Positions 12,136 through 27,812 of a DNA stretch of 64,000 nt are shown here, in pieces (positions within the stretch are counted from its first letter, which is position 1; each line of letters opens with the position of its first letter). The notes beneath the pieces are model-generated. The model worked only from the letters and a program-made list of their open reading frames with translations. It did not search any database and was not told the origin of the DNA. The position numbers and the translations under genes are program-made. This DNA comes from Callorhinchus milii (taxonomy: Eukaryota), in the NCBI RefSeq assembly GCF_018977255.1, contig NW_024704742.1, forward strand, positions 85,498,001 to 85,562,000. The letters run 5' to 3'.

Positions 12136-13366
12136 TAAATAAAACAGAGTGCTTTTAATCGGTGACCTTTTGCAAACCTCATTTCATAAAACAATGTACC
12201 ATTAGGAATTCCTTATACAGTAAAGCAGGCACCAGGTGCAATTGCCTCTTACTCCCTTCAGCTGGCAGAAACCCATCACCACGCATAGGAGTCTCCAAAC
12301 CATACTACCAAGTTCCATATGTATATGATTACCATTCGTCTGATATGGAGTGCTAACTTGAGGGATGAGCTTCTCAGAGGGATGAACCCTGCTTACGTAC
12401 TGGTAGAGGTGAGGGTTGGGAAGAACAAATGCTTGGGGGCCTTGTGTATTTAGATACTGCTGGAGTTTAAAACCATACAGCTTGCCATTGGGAATATTGA
12501 CAAGCTTCCCTCTGCTTGTGCAGCTAGGATCAGCCCACCTGTTAGGATTTGCCTTGAGGGGGAAGAATCCCCATCCCCGGTCACAGCGATTCTTCCTTGC
12601 TCTGCTGTTGAAAAAAATATATATTTACAATATATATGAAAGTGATTTACATAGTTTGTCAGTTTTTGGAATTGCAGGGTCTTTTTCTTTTGAGGGAGGA
12701 CAGAAGGCTGAAGTTCAGCATTGTGCGCTAGGAAAAGCATGTTGAAATTATGCCCTGTCTATACTCTAAATAAAGTAATTAATGGCTTCAGCAGTAGTGT
12801 GAGGTACTTTACAGTCCCCTTGTGTGAGATGAGGGCTGTGAGAATTTGGGGTTAATGTGTTTAATGTTACAATTGGTTGCAGAACTGGCTCTTTAATATC
12901 TTTATGAATTGGTCCTTGAAAGTTCTTGGGTGTCCATTTAAGACATTGTTTGCAACAGCTGTGTTTATATTGCTGCCCACAAATCAAAGTGTTTGTTGAT
13001 GAATCCTCCACAGGATGATCTTGCCAGGAAGGTGATTTGCTTCTGAATTTTGGCTTGACTGCTAAACCACAATCTATACTGCACCTATACTTTACCACGA
13101 AAATCACAGCAAATACAGCTTTACAGTTTGACAATAATAATTTATGCCTCATTATGTTTGACTGCAGTTGACAACAGAATACGCATCAAGTACCAATCGC
13201 CCAGCTTTCATTAGATAAAGTCTACAGGGAGTCATTTCTCCTAACTGTTGCAGATACATGATAGGATTGAAGTTAACAATTGTTCCCAATGTGAAAGCAG
13301 GCTAACGGGGCTCGCATTCACTGTTGGTGAGTTTATCGGGTCCCTGGATTTATGTCAATTGGAAAC

Positions 13367-13983
<617 letters not shown>

Positions 13984-14184
13984 TGAGCAACCATTGTGCA
14001 TTCTATAGTCTTTAAAAAAATAAATGGTGCCTTTGGGAGTTTTACAAAATACAGTAGATTTGACAGTAGAAAGTGAAGTGATGCAGTAGCCTGTCTTAAG
14101 CTGGATCTTGATCTGAATTTATACACAAAACAACTGTCAGAAACATCGGCTGAAATTGTAGCAGAACTAGAATCTAATAAATGA

Positions 14185-14418
<234 letters not shown>

Positions 14419-15153
14419 TGAATGAGCAGGAATAAATTTATGGTGCTATTTTTTGCAAGAAAACAATACTTTTCGGATGGGAAATAATCTGAGCTATCTT
14501 GCTCAAAAGTTATATTTGATGTGTAGTTTGCTCTCACAAATTGGCTACTGTGTTTGCCTTGAAAATACACGTCACTACAATTTAGGGTAAGTTGTGTGAA
14601 ACACTTTGAGACGTCTTCAAGGAATGAAAGGTGCCATATCAAATGCAAGTGTTAATATTAGTAGTAATTTTTGCTTCAGAGCATTACAATTCTACCCAGC
14701 CACAAAATGTACTGTACACAGCACAATATTTAAATGAAGTAGTGAATGATAATGAATAGATAGAACACCACAACAGTGACTTCAGGTCTTTGTTTAGCAG
14801 GTGATGTTCTGGCCTTTCACATAACAAAGAGCTTAATGCATTATTCTGTGGTGGGATGAGCACAGAAAGATAGTTAATATCCTGGTTATATTTTTACGTG
14901 AGATTAGAGCGCTCAAACATCTGTATTCTGAAGGAATGAATTCTGAGGACAATTAGAGCATCCCAACATAGCTTACCTTGAGACCAGTATGTTTCTCCCA
15001 CAAAATACTCAGTCAATTCACTTAATAGTATACTCTGAAGCGCTTTGAGACATCTCGACAATGTGAAGTCACAATAAAGGATTTTTTATTATTACTAGAA
15101 TAATTGCCTTGAATTTCCAAATTCAGAATCGGAGTATGAAGAGTATTAATTGA

Positions 15154-15321
<168 letters not shown>

Positions 15322-15941
15322 TAACTCAGTGGGCTGGAGTTACAGACTGGTACCAGTTCGAACACTCGGGTTCTAAAAAGCAGTAAATAAAGATATCTAT
15401 TTAATCAGTAAGGAGTATTGTCTAGATTGTTTTGTCTTTTGTGTAGAGTCTTGAAACATCGTTTTGTATTTGAGAAACTGCAGAGCCTGAATTATTGAAG
15501 ATGGTTAAATTCTATATGTATGTTTTCCAGTATGGGAGGTCTATTTTAAGTAAGCCATTATTTTTGCCTTTTTTCAAAGTGCATGTAAACTTTACATTGG
15601 TTTTGAACTTTAGTCAAAGACCATCTTGAAATTATTTGTCATGAACAGCTGTTACAGCACTATAGATTGAGGGATTTAAAAGAGAATTACACAAGAAATT
15701 TGCTGAGGAAAGATATTAGAGGGTACGTGGTAAAAGCAGGGAATTGGGATTAGGGCAGATGGCTTCTTAGAGGAGCAAACATTGGCACAATATAATGGGT
15801 CGAATGGTGTCCTATTATTTGGTACATTTCTATGATATTCTAACTTTGAAGAGAGGAAATCCCGTCTAATTCTAAGTTTAGCATAACAAACTTTATTAAA
15901 TAATTGCATTATATTTATAATATTTTTAATCTTTTAAATAG

Positions 15942-16103
<162 letters not shown>

Positions 16104-16280
16104 TAAAGAGTGCGTTTTGGCAGCCTGGACCATTAAATTGTATAAATCTGTGATTTTACTTTAAAACTGTTGTATAGGTGACTGTGTTACAGCACCTACC
16201 ACGCTCAGTCTGTTGGTAGATAAGTTGAATCACAATTGTTAGTAACTTGGGCAGTAACTCAATGCTTCTGCAATTATAAA

Positions 16281-16844
16281 CAGTAAAACTCATATAAGTT
16301 GTATCAGTCGGGACCATAACATTTAATATAACTTACGTGATGTCCAAGTTGCAGGCTTTTATAAATGGCATAAAATCGAATTTAATCAGTGCGCTCACGT
16401 AATTCAATGCACAAGGTAAGTGCCTACGTGGTGATGGGTCAAAACTACATTTCCCGCAAAGCATTCCATCTTGATCTGTCGCTGCCTGTGCACTTACCAG
16501 CAAACATTGGAATCGCATTGAGTCGCGGGAAATGAAGTTCTTCTGCACATGCGCTGGCGGATCAAAATTACGTATCCCACGATTCAATGCAGCCGTCTGG
16601 TAAGTACGCATGCAGCGACCGGTCAGGGCATCCTTTCCCGCGATTCAATGCAACCGGTAAGTGCGGGAGTAATAGAGGGTAGGGGAGTGGTGATACGAGT
16701 TAGGAGATGATTAATATGATTAGTGTCAAAAAAAACGACTTGGTTTTGATAGGAAACTATCAATGCAGACTGAATGGGACTTGGGTGAGTGCATGACTTA
16801 GGCGATTATATGATTTATAAAGGTAAAACTTACGTGAGTTACTG
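16281..16844. mobile_element. Tigger/pogo-like non-autonomous DNA transposon
   Basis: Ends CAGTAAAACTCATATAAG and CTTACGTGAGTTACTG followed by TA; related internally deleted copy at 47788-47955. Confidence 0.55.
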
Positions 16845-17617
16845 TAGTTTAAATGACATATATCAGTTCCAATCTCTCACTGTTTGTCTCAGTGATTGCC
16901 CCTACACAGTACTTGTGTTCTTGTTATGAGTATTTCCATGGTAGCGATTAGGCTTGTTTTCCTTGCTCACTTTGTTATAAAGAGATTACCATCTATATCC
17001 ACCCTCTTGTGCATTTGTTTTAATTTGCATTTTTCACAATTAAAAACCACTCTTTGTTGCCTGTCAGTAAAGGTTACTGTATTTCTCACAGCATTGGATG
17101 TAACTGGATCCCAGATGTGAAGGTTGTGTATTATTTGGGTCTTCAGTCTCTGCCTCCACCCTTTGGAACTCCATCCCATTGTCCGTTCACCTTGCCGGAC
17201 CCTCCTCTTTACCCTCGCTTCGGTCACTCTCCAACCCCTCCCAACCCTCCACCCCTCCTGATCCCAAACCTCTGTTGGGGCGCAAATCCTTGACTGTCCA
17301 GGTTCTTGGGACATCCTCCCCATGTGAAAAGGGCTATACAAGTTGAGGAAGCAATAAACAATTTTTGCTGCTTTCTAGAGCCATACTTGACAGAAGTTAA
17401 TGTGCTGCATATCGGAAGTTAGTTAACTGTTCTCCAGTTAATGGCCAGTGCTGAAATTGTGAGCATGTATGGCTAAGGATGATATAGCTAGTGCAGTTCT
17501 GTTAAGCTGACTTGTTTTATGGCAAGCACAAAGTAGATGTATGATTTTAATAGTTTGTAAAAACTCGACCTTCTAATGATTCTTAATTTTTAAATGATTG
17601 TTATATCCCTTTTCTAG

Positions 17618-17755
<138 letters not shown>

Positions 17756-18235
17756 TAAGAGAGCGTGGAAAGAGAAAAGATTGCTTGGCCTATAAAGCAT
17801 GCTTTTTCCACTGCATTGTAAAACCTACTCCATTCACAATATATTCTGTGAAGCACTTTGAGACATCGCAAGGACCTGATAAGGCACTATATCAAGAAAG
17901 CACTTCTGATGACATTAGCGGCACTTCTGGGCCTAGCAGCTGTTCAGCCCCCTTGTGTTTTAATTTTTTTTTAAACTGCATCAACTCATAGTTTATCAAT
18001 GGGAATTAATTTCTGTCAAATTTTGGAAAATTGCAAAAACGTATATCAGTGTGTACTGATCTTTATCAAAAATGAGCTATCTGATCATCGAACTGGACAA
18101 TGGCACTTGAAAACCTGTATTTATTAACATAAACTAAACATCACCCGTCTAAAGTTTTTTTAACAAAGAATCATGTCACTATTATTTTAGAGGAACTTCT
18201 TTCCATTTGACTGTTGACTGATGTTGTCTCATTAG

Positions 18236-18364
<129 letters not shown>

Positions 18365-19265
18365 TGAGTTTTAGTGTTGTTTGTGTAATTGCTTAGGGGG
18401 TAACATTAATGTTTTTAATTTCTTGTAAATTGTTGTTGAAGCTTTGGAACTCTCTTCCCCCAGTTCCTCCGCCATGCCCCCTCCTTCCCCTCTTATAGAT
18501 TACGAGTGAAGACTTTCCTCTTCGATTGTGCTTACAGTCACCTGCTCCCCCCCACCCCCCGCCCCCCCCCCCACACTCCCTCCTGGCATTAGGCTGTGAC
18601 ACATTTAAGAACTCCGAGACGCTGCCCCGCACAAAGAGTTCTATACAAATGCACGATGATGTTGTTGTGAGGTGCAGCATACAGTTTTGTGTGAGATTTG
18701 TAACTTCGCCCATTCTAAAGAGCTGTAGGTGGTCTGGTTCTTGACAAATGTATCTGCCTTTCAACATTTTTCATTTCTTTTGTTTGTAGTTTAAAGATGG
18801 TTCTATTGTGTGCGCGACCTTTTTTTTATTGCTTTAGTGTGCACAAATCAATCAGAGATAGGATCGTTCTGTCCACAAGCAGGGTGTCACCTGTGGGTAG
18901 CAGAGTTGATGTAGAGGCGAGTTGCGAGATCAGGGAGGAGAATTCAGCGGAGTTAGAGCAAGAAGCGGAGAAGTGGAGGTTGAAGTCTCCTAAGATAATG
19001 AGGCGGATCTACAGAATTTATGACCACTTTGACTCACGCACTGACCCTTCTGTCACTCCCTTTGGGGTACCTGAAAGTGGAATTAAGATGAATGTTGGTG
19101 CTGGTTCTGTAGCTCTATTTTTTTGTTGACGGAGATGTTAAGGTTGATAACTTGGAAGGCTGGGTCATGCTGATATTCAGTAAGAGTTGCAGAGCATGCA
19201 TTCTTGCTTATGATTATGAAGCGCTGGTGTCATTGAATAATGATGTTAGTTTGCACTGTTTGCAG

Positions 19266-19392
19266 GATTCATGGTCTGAAGTCTGGGAAAACTCTTAAGG
19301 AATTCCGAGGTCATACATCATTTGTCAATGAAGTGACTTTCACCCAAGATGGACACTACATCCTGAGTGCATCATCTGACGGCAGTGTAAAG
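19266..19392 (+). CDS. SMU1: SMU1 exon 9
   Basis: [16 protein letters not shown]...SDGSVK. Confidence 0.96.
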
Positions 19393-19499
19393 GTACTCTT
19401 TTAGAATGAAAGGTGATATGTACCCATTGTGAAACCCATGATCCCCAAAAACTTACCTATATTTAATAAAGGCATTGGTCGGAGATGTGTCACTTAAGT

Positions 19500-20071
19500 A
19501 TAATGAAATGAAGAAAAGGTGGAAACAGTCTAGCCTGTGAACTCATGCCCCAATATGAGGCTTGATCATATGAACTTCTGACCAAGAAGTGAGACTTATC
19601 ACATGAGCCAGAGCAACACACATTCTTGATACTGTTTGAAAAGAAAACAATTTTGTCATGGTCATCGATTTTCCAGATGAATTGATCACACCTGGTTGCT
19701 TGTCGGCCCCAGAGGCCACTAATGGTTCCGCTATGGAGTGTCCACAAAGTCCTCTTACCCCCTGTTACAAAACAGTGTATAAGATTACGGAGGAGCTGAA
19801 ACAAGCTGTCAGAGATGCATTTCGCCTTGTCATGCCTTCAGGTTACTGAAAATGTCGCACAGAACATGGCGACGGATCATTTCTGCCACACAAATGATGG
19901 CACTCACACACTGATCCTCTGGTTGCCTAAATACAGTTAAACACTTGTACTGAATACAATTAAGGGCTTTTAAATACAAAGATCACCATTCTTCCACATG
20001 GTTCAGTTGTTGGTCAGTGCAGTGTGTAAAAAAAAACATGGAGGTAACAGGAGTTTGTGGAGACCATGTAC
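19500..20071 (+). mobile_element. Decayed Tc1/mariner transposase 3' end with right terminus
   Basis: MECPQSPLTP resembles WPPRSPDLTP, followed by EELKQAVRDAF and, after a frameshift, LKMSHRTWRRII; ends GTGGAGACCATG|TA. Confidence 0.55.
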
Positions 20072-20107
20072 AAGAAAAGTCTATGTGACTTATCATTTGT
20101 AATATAA

Positions 20108-20377
<270 letters not shown>

Positions 20378-20794
20378 TGACCTATTTTGGTGATGGGGTG
20401 GGATGAACTATTTCAAAAATAGCTCATTTAATGTTTTTGTGATTTGGCCACAGAATATACTATAGATCGAATTGACTGTATATTTTGTGGGCGAAATGTG
20501 AAAAGGTTACAATCACAAAATATACAGTCAATTCACTTTACAGTATATTCTGTGAAGCACTTTTAAGACATATCAATGATGTTATAAGGTGCTATATCAA
20601 ATGCAAGGATAATTATTATTTTCCACTACTGAATAATTAGAATGAGTGATGAGAAATGAAAGATTATATTATTTGCTCTCGGAGAGCAAGTGTGTATAAC
20701 TCACTTATGAGTCCTCTGCAGGATCATATATCTGTGAACACAGAAGGAGTGTAGATTTGACTCCAAGAATATAATTATTCTTGATTTATTTCAG

Positions 20795-20947
20795 ATTGTG
20801 AGGAGCTTCAGTTCTGGTAAAAGGGAAGGTGGTGATTTTGTTTGCTGCTGTCTCTCTCCACGTGGTGAATGGATCCACTGTGTTGGTGAAGATTTTGTGC
20901 TATATTGCTTCAGTACAGTGACTGGCAAGCTGGAAAGAACATTGACG
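20795..20947 (+). CDS. SMU1: SMU1 exon 11
   Basis: [15 protein letters not shown]...LERTLT. Confidence 0.96.
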
Positions 20948-22131
20948 GTAAGATGGGGCTGCATGTTTCTGAACAGTAGATTGGCATCTTGTCTGTGCTA
21001 TATAGGAATATACAGCAATGAAAAGAATAATTACAATGTGTTTAGCTATTCACAAAGGGAACAACCCCCCTGTCTTACTCCCTGCAATCAATGTTTTCTC
21101 TATGTAGTTATCCAATTCCCATTAAAATTTGCTGATGTAATCTGTAGCCAATGCCTTGCCAAGTGGTGTGGCCATAAAATAGTGAAAAAGCTTGTGTACT
21201 TTATTGCTAACTTTTTCCTGAACCTCTTCTTATTCAATGGGAACACCCCACTCTCCTAATTTGGGTGACCAGTTCCAGCTCTTAATTTAATTATCCTTTA
21301 CAATATACTCCCATCATTAAGATGGTCTTTGTGTATTATGGTGTATTGTCTAGGAAATAATGTTATGGGATATAGTACATAGATCGTTCAGGACATATGT
21401 GCATGCAACTCCCAGGAAGGTGGAAGGCGAAGCAGGTGGACTTTTTTTTGCCTAGCATTTCTTATGTTCTTATGGTGACCAGAATTGTCTGACAGATGGG
21501 GCCTGATCAATGCTGCAAGGTCTTCTCACACATTCTCTATTTCTTTGTTTCCTCTTAGCTTCTTACTTGCTAATACAATCCCACGTACAACTATGCATTA
21601 TTTTTAGCTAGTTTTTTAATCCATTTTACATGGTTCTTCTTCTCCCCTTACCCTCTTTCTCTGACTTTCACCGCTTTCCAATAAGTCCAGTAGGCTGTCA
21701 GGCTCTTGATGATCTACTTCATTTTAAGTACTGTAGACTTGTGAAACTCCATCCAGACCTGGTGCCTTGTCCACTTTAAATGTCTCCCATTTGCAATAAA
21801 TCCAGATATGTCCACATAAAATTCCACACTATTTTTCATCATATAATCTAACATATATAAAATAATGCTTAATGTTTCTCTGCCGTTTGTAGTGTTTTTT
21901 ATTGATTTGTGGGTGAAATTTGGTGCATTTAGTACTAATTTTGGTTGCATTCAATACTATTGTATTTACAATCATCTTTTTTNGTGCAGATGAATATTTT
22001 GAGTGCTCTTCCAAAGCAAACCATAACCTTTAATACAATATTGCTACTAATTGTAGATATGCAGGTCACAAGTTGTGATCATTTTGGGTGTAATGTATTC
22101 ATAATTCTGATTACATATGGATGTCTTGTAG

Positions 22132-22230
<99 letters not shown>

Positions 22231-22604
22231 GAGGATCGATGAGCTGTTTCTTCCTGAAATGGCTGACACCTTGTAACTGTACATGGTTACAGCTTTGACA
22301 CAAGTAAAACTTGCAATGAAACTGCAAACCATTTTGTTTCAAAAGGTTCGCAAACTTCAGATGTTAATCCATTTTATATGCATTTGACCCAACTTGTATG
22401 CACTAATCATACCAGATTGTGTAGCAATGATTAATTTGATTGATGTGGCAAAAATCAAAATCTTTCTGCCTTTGTGGCAGGTTTTGAAAGATCATCGCTG
22501 AAAGGTTTTATTCTCCTCATTTGTCGTCCTAGTGTTTGTTTCAAAATGTTTCATAAAACTTTTCTTGCCTTAAGGTAGGGATATAATTTGCAAGTGTCAT
22601 TCTG

Positions 22605-22610
22605 AATAAA
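22605..22610 (+). terminator. SMU1: Probable SMU1 polyadenylation signal
   Basis: AATAAA about 375 nt after the stop. Confidence 0.55.
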
Positions 22611-23795
22611 TTGATTTCTTTCCAAAATATCCTGTGAAAATGAAATTCTGTAATATCTAAAAGGACTTTTGGGAGCAATCCACTTGATTTTTTGACTGCC
22701 TTAGTTTGTAGTAAATGCAAAAGCTCTTCAAAGCAAACATTTTAGATACTGCTGAAGCATAACCAATATAAGAAATTCTTGAGGGTTCAATCAAGTGCAT
22801 TAACCCTAAGAGTTATTCATATTCTAGTCTTTGAATGCATGAAGGGGTAAGAGTGCAGCAGGTACAAAATGCTTAATATGAAAGGCTGAAGTAATTTCTC
22901 TTAATTTTTAATTAGTGCAGAAACTCACTCAATTTACCTTTTCAACCCTAGCAAACACTAGAGCCCCGCCAAAGGAAACCTGTTTGAATACATCTAATGA
23001 GCTAATAATGAGCAGTTATCATCCACGAATTCATCACATCTAGGCTCCACCAAGCCAACTCCCTGCTTGTCAGCCTTCCCACCTCTTCCCTCCACACGCT
23101 GCAGTCATCCAGAACTCTGCAGCTTGTACCCACACCAGGCTCTTTGGTGCTGTCACCCCATCCCTCAAGAGTTCAAAATCCTGGTCTTTGTTTTCAAGGC
23201 CCTCCACAGCCTTGCCCCTTCCTACCTGTGACCTGTTATCTCCATATCAACTACCCTCTCACTCCACTCAGGAGGCACGAGCCTGCATCATGTCCCACCG
23301 TCAGCAGTTGGGCCTTCAACCTCTGTCCCCACCCTTTGGAACACCATCCCAAATTCCCTTAGCCTCACTCCCCCCTTCAAGGCATGTCTCACGACTTTCC
23401 TCTTCAATCACACCTTTGACCACTTTGTCTGATCCCAAACCTCCTTGCTTGCACCTAAATCCGTGACTATCCAACTTAGGAGATCCTGCTGATGTGAAAG
23501 ATGCTCTACAAATGTAATTTTGTATTGTAACTATTAGGTATTGGTTGGTTTCTGGAAGCCTACCCACATAGCCATTGTTTAGATATAAGCCTGGGCAGAG
23601 TCCAGCCATGTGGGTTTCTGAGAGAGAATCACACTTCCCCTCCCACAGCACCCTCAGGCTAGCCCAAGATTCACACCGGCATGCTGTTGGTCTTTATAGT
23701 TCTACTACACTCAACTCTAGTTATGTTTAGATAGCACAATATCACAAAAGAACCACACTAAAGTCACTTTCCAGCACATACAGTAAGTAGTTTCC

Positions 23796-23801
23796 TTTAT
23801 T
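23796..23801 (-). terminator. DNAJA1: Probable DNAJA1 polyadenylation signal
   Basis: Minus-strand AATAAA about 165 nt after the stop. Confidence 0.5.
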
Positions 23802-23965
23802 TTAAATAATGGCTGTTAGAATGCACTTTAATCAATAAGAAACATGAACACACCTTACAGAAAAGCAATTGCAATTTTCAATTGCAACAGATAGCAAACA
23901 TGTAAAAATTACTTGGGTTGCAATCTTCACACTTCCACAAATGCAAACAATTTGGGAGTCAGTTT

Positions 23966-24184
23966 TTAAGAGGTCTGACATTGAACCCCACTTCTGGGAT
24001 GATCATCATCATCATCATGGTATGCCTCTCCATTGTAGCGATGCCTAGACTGCTGTGGATCAAACTCCACTAAATCCACTTGATCCATGTCATCTGTAAC
24101 ATTAATCTCATGTCGTGCAGGGAGCAGTTTTTCCAGGAGACCCAGTTTATCCATCTGAATGAATCCATTCTGAGGGAAGTTCAC
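23966..24184 (-). CDS. DNAJA1: DNAJA1 last coding exon
   Basis: VNFPQNGF...GVQCQTS stop. Confidence 0.95.
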   Translation of the reverse strand: MNFPQNGFIQMDKLGLLEKLLPARHEINVTDDMDQVDLVEFDPQQSRHRYNGEAYHDDDDDHPRSGVQCQTS

Positions 24185-24367
24185 CTAATTCCAGAAGTAC
24201 AAAATGTTAGCCATATATGAACAAACTAACTTTAATGAAGATAGGTAAAGATTAGTGTAGCTTCACTTTAGCAACTTTAAAGCACACATTTGTTTATAAC
24301 ATGCCCTCATTGTATGCAGAGGAATTTTATTCTTCCCATCTCATACAGAAGCCTAAAATTCAATCAA

Positions 24368-24675
24368 AATAATAATAATCCTTGTATTTGATATAGCACT
24401 TTTCACATCTTCTAGATGTCCCAAAGCGCTTCACAGAATATACTGTAAAGTGAATTGACTATATTTGTGGGCAAACGCTGCAGCCAATTGCGCACAGCAA
24501 TGTCCCACAAACAGTCATGGATTGAAAATGACCAATTTATTATTGTTTTTGGAGGGATTATTATTAGGCTCTGTGTGGAGTAAGGAAACTTGCCCAAGGT
24601 TTCGCCCTCTGCCTGGAATTGAACTCAGGTCTCTCACTTGCAAAGCGAGTGCTCTAACCAATGAGCTGCAGGACT
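24368..24675 (-). mobile_element. Full-length young tRNA-derived SINE
   Basis: Near-identical to 13367-13687. Confidence 0.9.
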
Positions 24676-24974
24676 TCAAAAGGCTATCCACTGTTCATCC
24701 TTTACTAACACCTTTAAAACTAAGATTTGTACCAATTGACAATTTACAGCATGTACTGTAAAGTAGGGCAAAACATTGTGAAAGTTTCCTTACTCCACAT
24801 ACCTGTTTACCGAGCAGTAAATACAAACCTGGTTGTTAGTTGAATGGCGGATCGCTTTCCAGGGGTTATAATCCTCTTTTTAAAAAAAATATGGTCACTC
24901 AATCTACAACTGTTTGTGGGACACTGCTGCATGCTGCGTTTTGACTAAAAAAATCTTGTCAATTCACTTCACGA

Positions 24975-25472
24975 ATTCAAGATCCTCATCCTCACCTACA
25001 AAGCCATTCATGGCCTCGCTCCCTCCTACCTCTCCGACCTACCTACCTGCCCATACCCTCCGTTCCTCTGGCTCCGGTCTGCTCCACATCCCCCGCCCCA
25101 ACCGCCCTACCATCGGTGGCCGGGCCTTCAGCCTCTCAGCCCCGAGGCTCTGGAACTCCATCCCCCAGTGCCTTCGCCGTCTCCTCCCTTTCCTCCTTCA
25201 AGGCCGGTCTCAAGACCTTTCTCTTTGACCGTGCCTTCAGCTCCCCTCTCGACTCTCTACCCCTTCCTCCCTTCCCTCCCCCTGACCATTTCCCCCCTCC
25301 TCGCTCCCTCCCTTCCCTCCCCTCACCCTGACCATTTCCCCCCTCCTCGCTCCCTCCCTTCCCTCCCCTCACCCTGACCATTTCCCCCCTGCTCAGGTCC
25401 TGACCCAACTGTACAGCGCCTTGGGACGTCCTCCTGACGTAAAAGGCGCTCTATAAATGGAATCTTGTTGTT
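24975..25472 (+). mobile_element. Young L2 LINE 3' fragment
   Basis: Near-identical to 39293-39737, with a local tandem duplication of CCTGACCATTTCCCCCCTCCTCGCTCC. Confidence 0.85.
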
Positions 25473-26142
25473 TACAGTATATTCTGTGAAGTGGTTTGAG
25501 ATGTCTCGAAGATGTGATGAGCACTATATCACATGCAAGGATTATTATTTTGTGAGTGAATGTGGCAGCAGATTGGCACACAGCAATGTCCCACAAACAC
25601 AATGGAGTGAGTGAACAATTTCACTTGGGAGATTGCAGGCTGGGACACTGGGGAAACTCCCTTCTCTTTTCAAATAGTGCCATGGGATCTTTAACATTCG
25701 GTATAAGGTCTGATCTAAAGCTCAGCACCTCTTGCACTGTAGTACACTGCCAGCACTAAGATGGGGCTTGAACTCACAACCTTCTGACTCAAGGCAAGAG
25801 TGCTACCAAATGCACAAGCCTTTATATTGTGGTATTCGAAAAAGGGAATTAAACAAAAATTGTAAAGTGTGCCCCCATTTCCAAGTAGACACTCAGCAGT
25901 CTAAGTATTGTCAATAAATGAACATTAACTTGTAAATTCATTCTACAGTGTATTTTGCTGAGAACGAACTGATCATACCTAGTGCTGTGAATCAATACAA
26001 GAACAAATTTCATCCTAGATATGCCAAATGTATTAATGAAATACTAACCTTCAAAGTTAATTTTTGTAATTACAGCTTTAGAAATACCATTTTAAGATTG
26101 TAGTTTACTAAACAATCTACCCCTAAGGTCATAAAAGCATAC

Positions 26143-26243
26143 CTTGAACTGAATAATTAGACGTCCTTTTTCATATGGTCTGCGATAAATGGGTATGCCC
26201 TCATTCAGCACACACCTGATGTCCCCATGTTTGACAATCTGGC
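26143..26243 (-). CDS. DNAJA1: DNAJA1 coding exon 7
   Basis: [16 protein letters not shown]...LIIQFK. Confidence 0.95.
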
Positions 26244-27492
26244 CTAGAAAAGACAAATAAAACATTGCATAAAAAGTTTTGTGAAAAGACCCCAAGAGGC
26301 TTGGAAAAGGGCATTTCAGTCTACTGGATCTCTACTTCCAGAACATCCACCCTATACTGTCTGCCTGTCAGACATCAATGGACAAGACAAAATCCACTGT
26401 CCTGAAACCATTCTCGCAGATGCACCCGCACAACCAAGTCCCATGCATGCAGTTCAGCCACTTCCCACGCAACCAGGTAAGTTCTTTTTAAAATGTACAG
26501 TATACTAGTTGAGACTCTGCAAATGTTGGGAGTATAAAGAGGTATAATTAAATTTCTATACCTGTGATTTCTCCCAACGTTTCCCCATAAATCTGACCGT
26601 CACAAAATTTATTGTGACTGCTCTGCAATTTGACCAAAAACACCATGCCCAAATCTGCAATCCTAATATCATACACGTACAGCCACACAAGTGGCCCAAT
26701 TGAGTCGACCCTCCACAGCAGTCTACTCTGGTTCCTTAGTCAGAGGGGTCCGCAAAGCACTAGGTTACTGCTGATGAGTCAGTCTGGCTTGTCAGCAGTA
26801 TTTGGGAAAATGGGGTCAGAGATTCTTCCTACTTGGCTCCAGTTAATCATCCAAGCCTATGCCCCAGTAGGTGGTTGGATAAACAGTGGAAAACTTGCAA
26901 GATAGTGCTCTCAATGGCAAGCTATGCAGTTTTACCAGTTTTGAAACCTCTACAGACTCAGGAGTCTCCAATCCTCAACTCAGGAACCTGCACCCAATAC
27001 TCTGCAGAGTTAGGCATGCAGGATGTGTTCCTTCAGTGTGTGCATTCCATTCCAAACAGAAGGAAGTTTCCATGTATAGGGGCAAACGTGAGGAATTTGG
27101 TGATTGATTTCTACTTATATAAGACCAAAATTTATTGTTAATTACCCTCTGGGTAAAACAATACATAACCATAAGCCAATGTCTTGTTTTGCTGTCTCAA
27201 CATATGAATATATTGTTCTGGATTTACTTTCTCAATCCCATTCAAAAATCATAAATATACAGGAAAAAGACTAATAAAGCAAACAGATTCTGCCACTTTA
27301 ACCAAACTGAATTACTATTACTCCAAATTCTAATTTTACACAATCAAACCTGAAGGAAGCAAGATGGACAGGATAACTTCTAGGCAGCTTTATTCTGCCA
27401 ACATTCATTAGTTAAGGTGGTACCCAACTCCAAACCTCAGATAAAAGGCCCCTTTGTGCCAATAGTAACCCTTCTAAACTCACTATACTTAC

Positions 27493-27608
27493 CAGGATGT
27501 GATGTAATGACTATAGTCCTTTTATCCAAAGTTGTAATTGGGCGTTGAAATCCACAAAGAGCCTCCACTAGCTCAAGTTCCATTTGCATTGCAAGGTCTT
27601 CCCCTTGC
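27493..27608 (-). CDS. DNAJA1: DNAJA1 coding exon 6
   Basis: [23 protein letters not shown]...ITSHP. Confidence 0.95.
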
Positions 27609-27697
27609 CTAAATTACAAATACAGAAAAAGTATGAAGAGCCATATTTTATTATACTCAGTACTGAAAGATTTACTCAGAAGCTGTCAAATAGTCAC

Positions 27698-27812
27698 CTA
27701 GTGAAAACACTATGGTCCTTTTGATCGAGAACAATAATGATATCTCCAGGTTCCAGCCCTGGTTCCTGGTCACCTTCACCATGGAATGTCAGTTTCTGAC
27801 CATCCTTCATAC
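27698..27812 (-). CDS. DNAJA1: DNAJA1 coding exon 5
   Basis: [19 protein letters not shown]...VFT(R). Confidence 0.95.

Noticed and set aside
21983-21983. Single N in SMU1 intron 11
   Set aside because: Assembly ambiguity with no biological meaning; it may hide a small gap.
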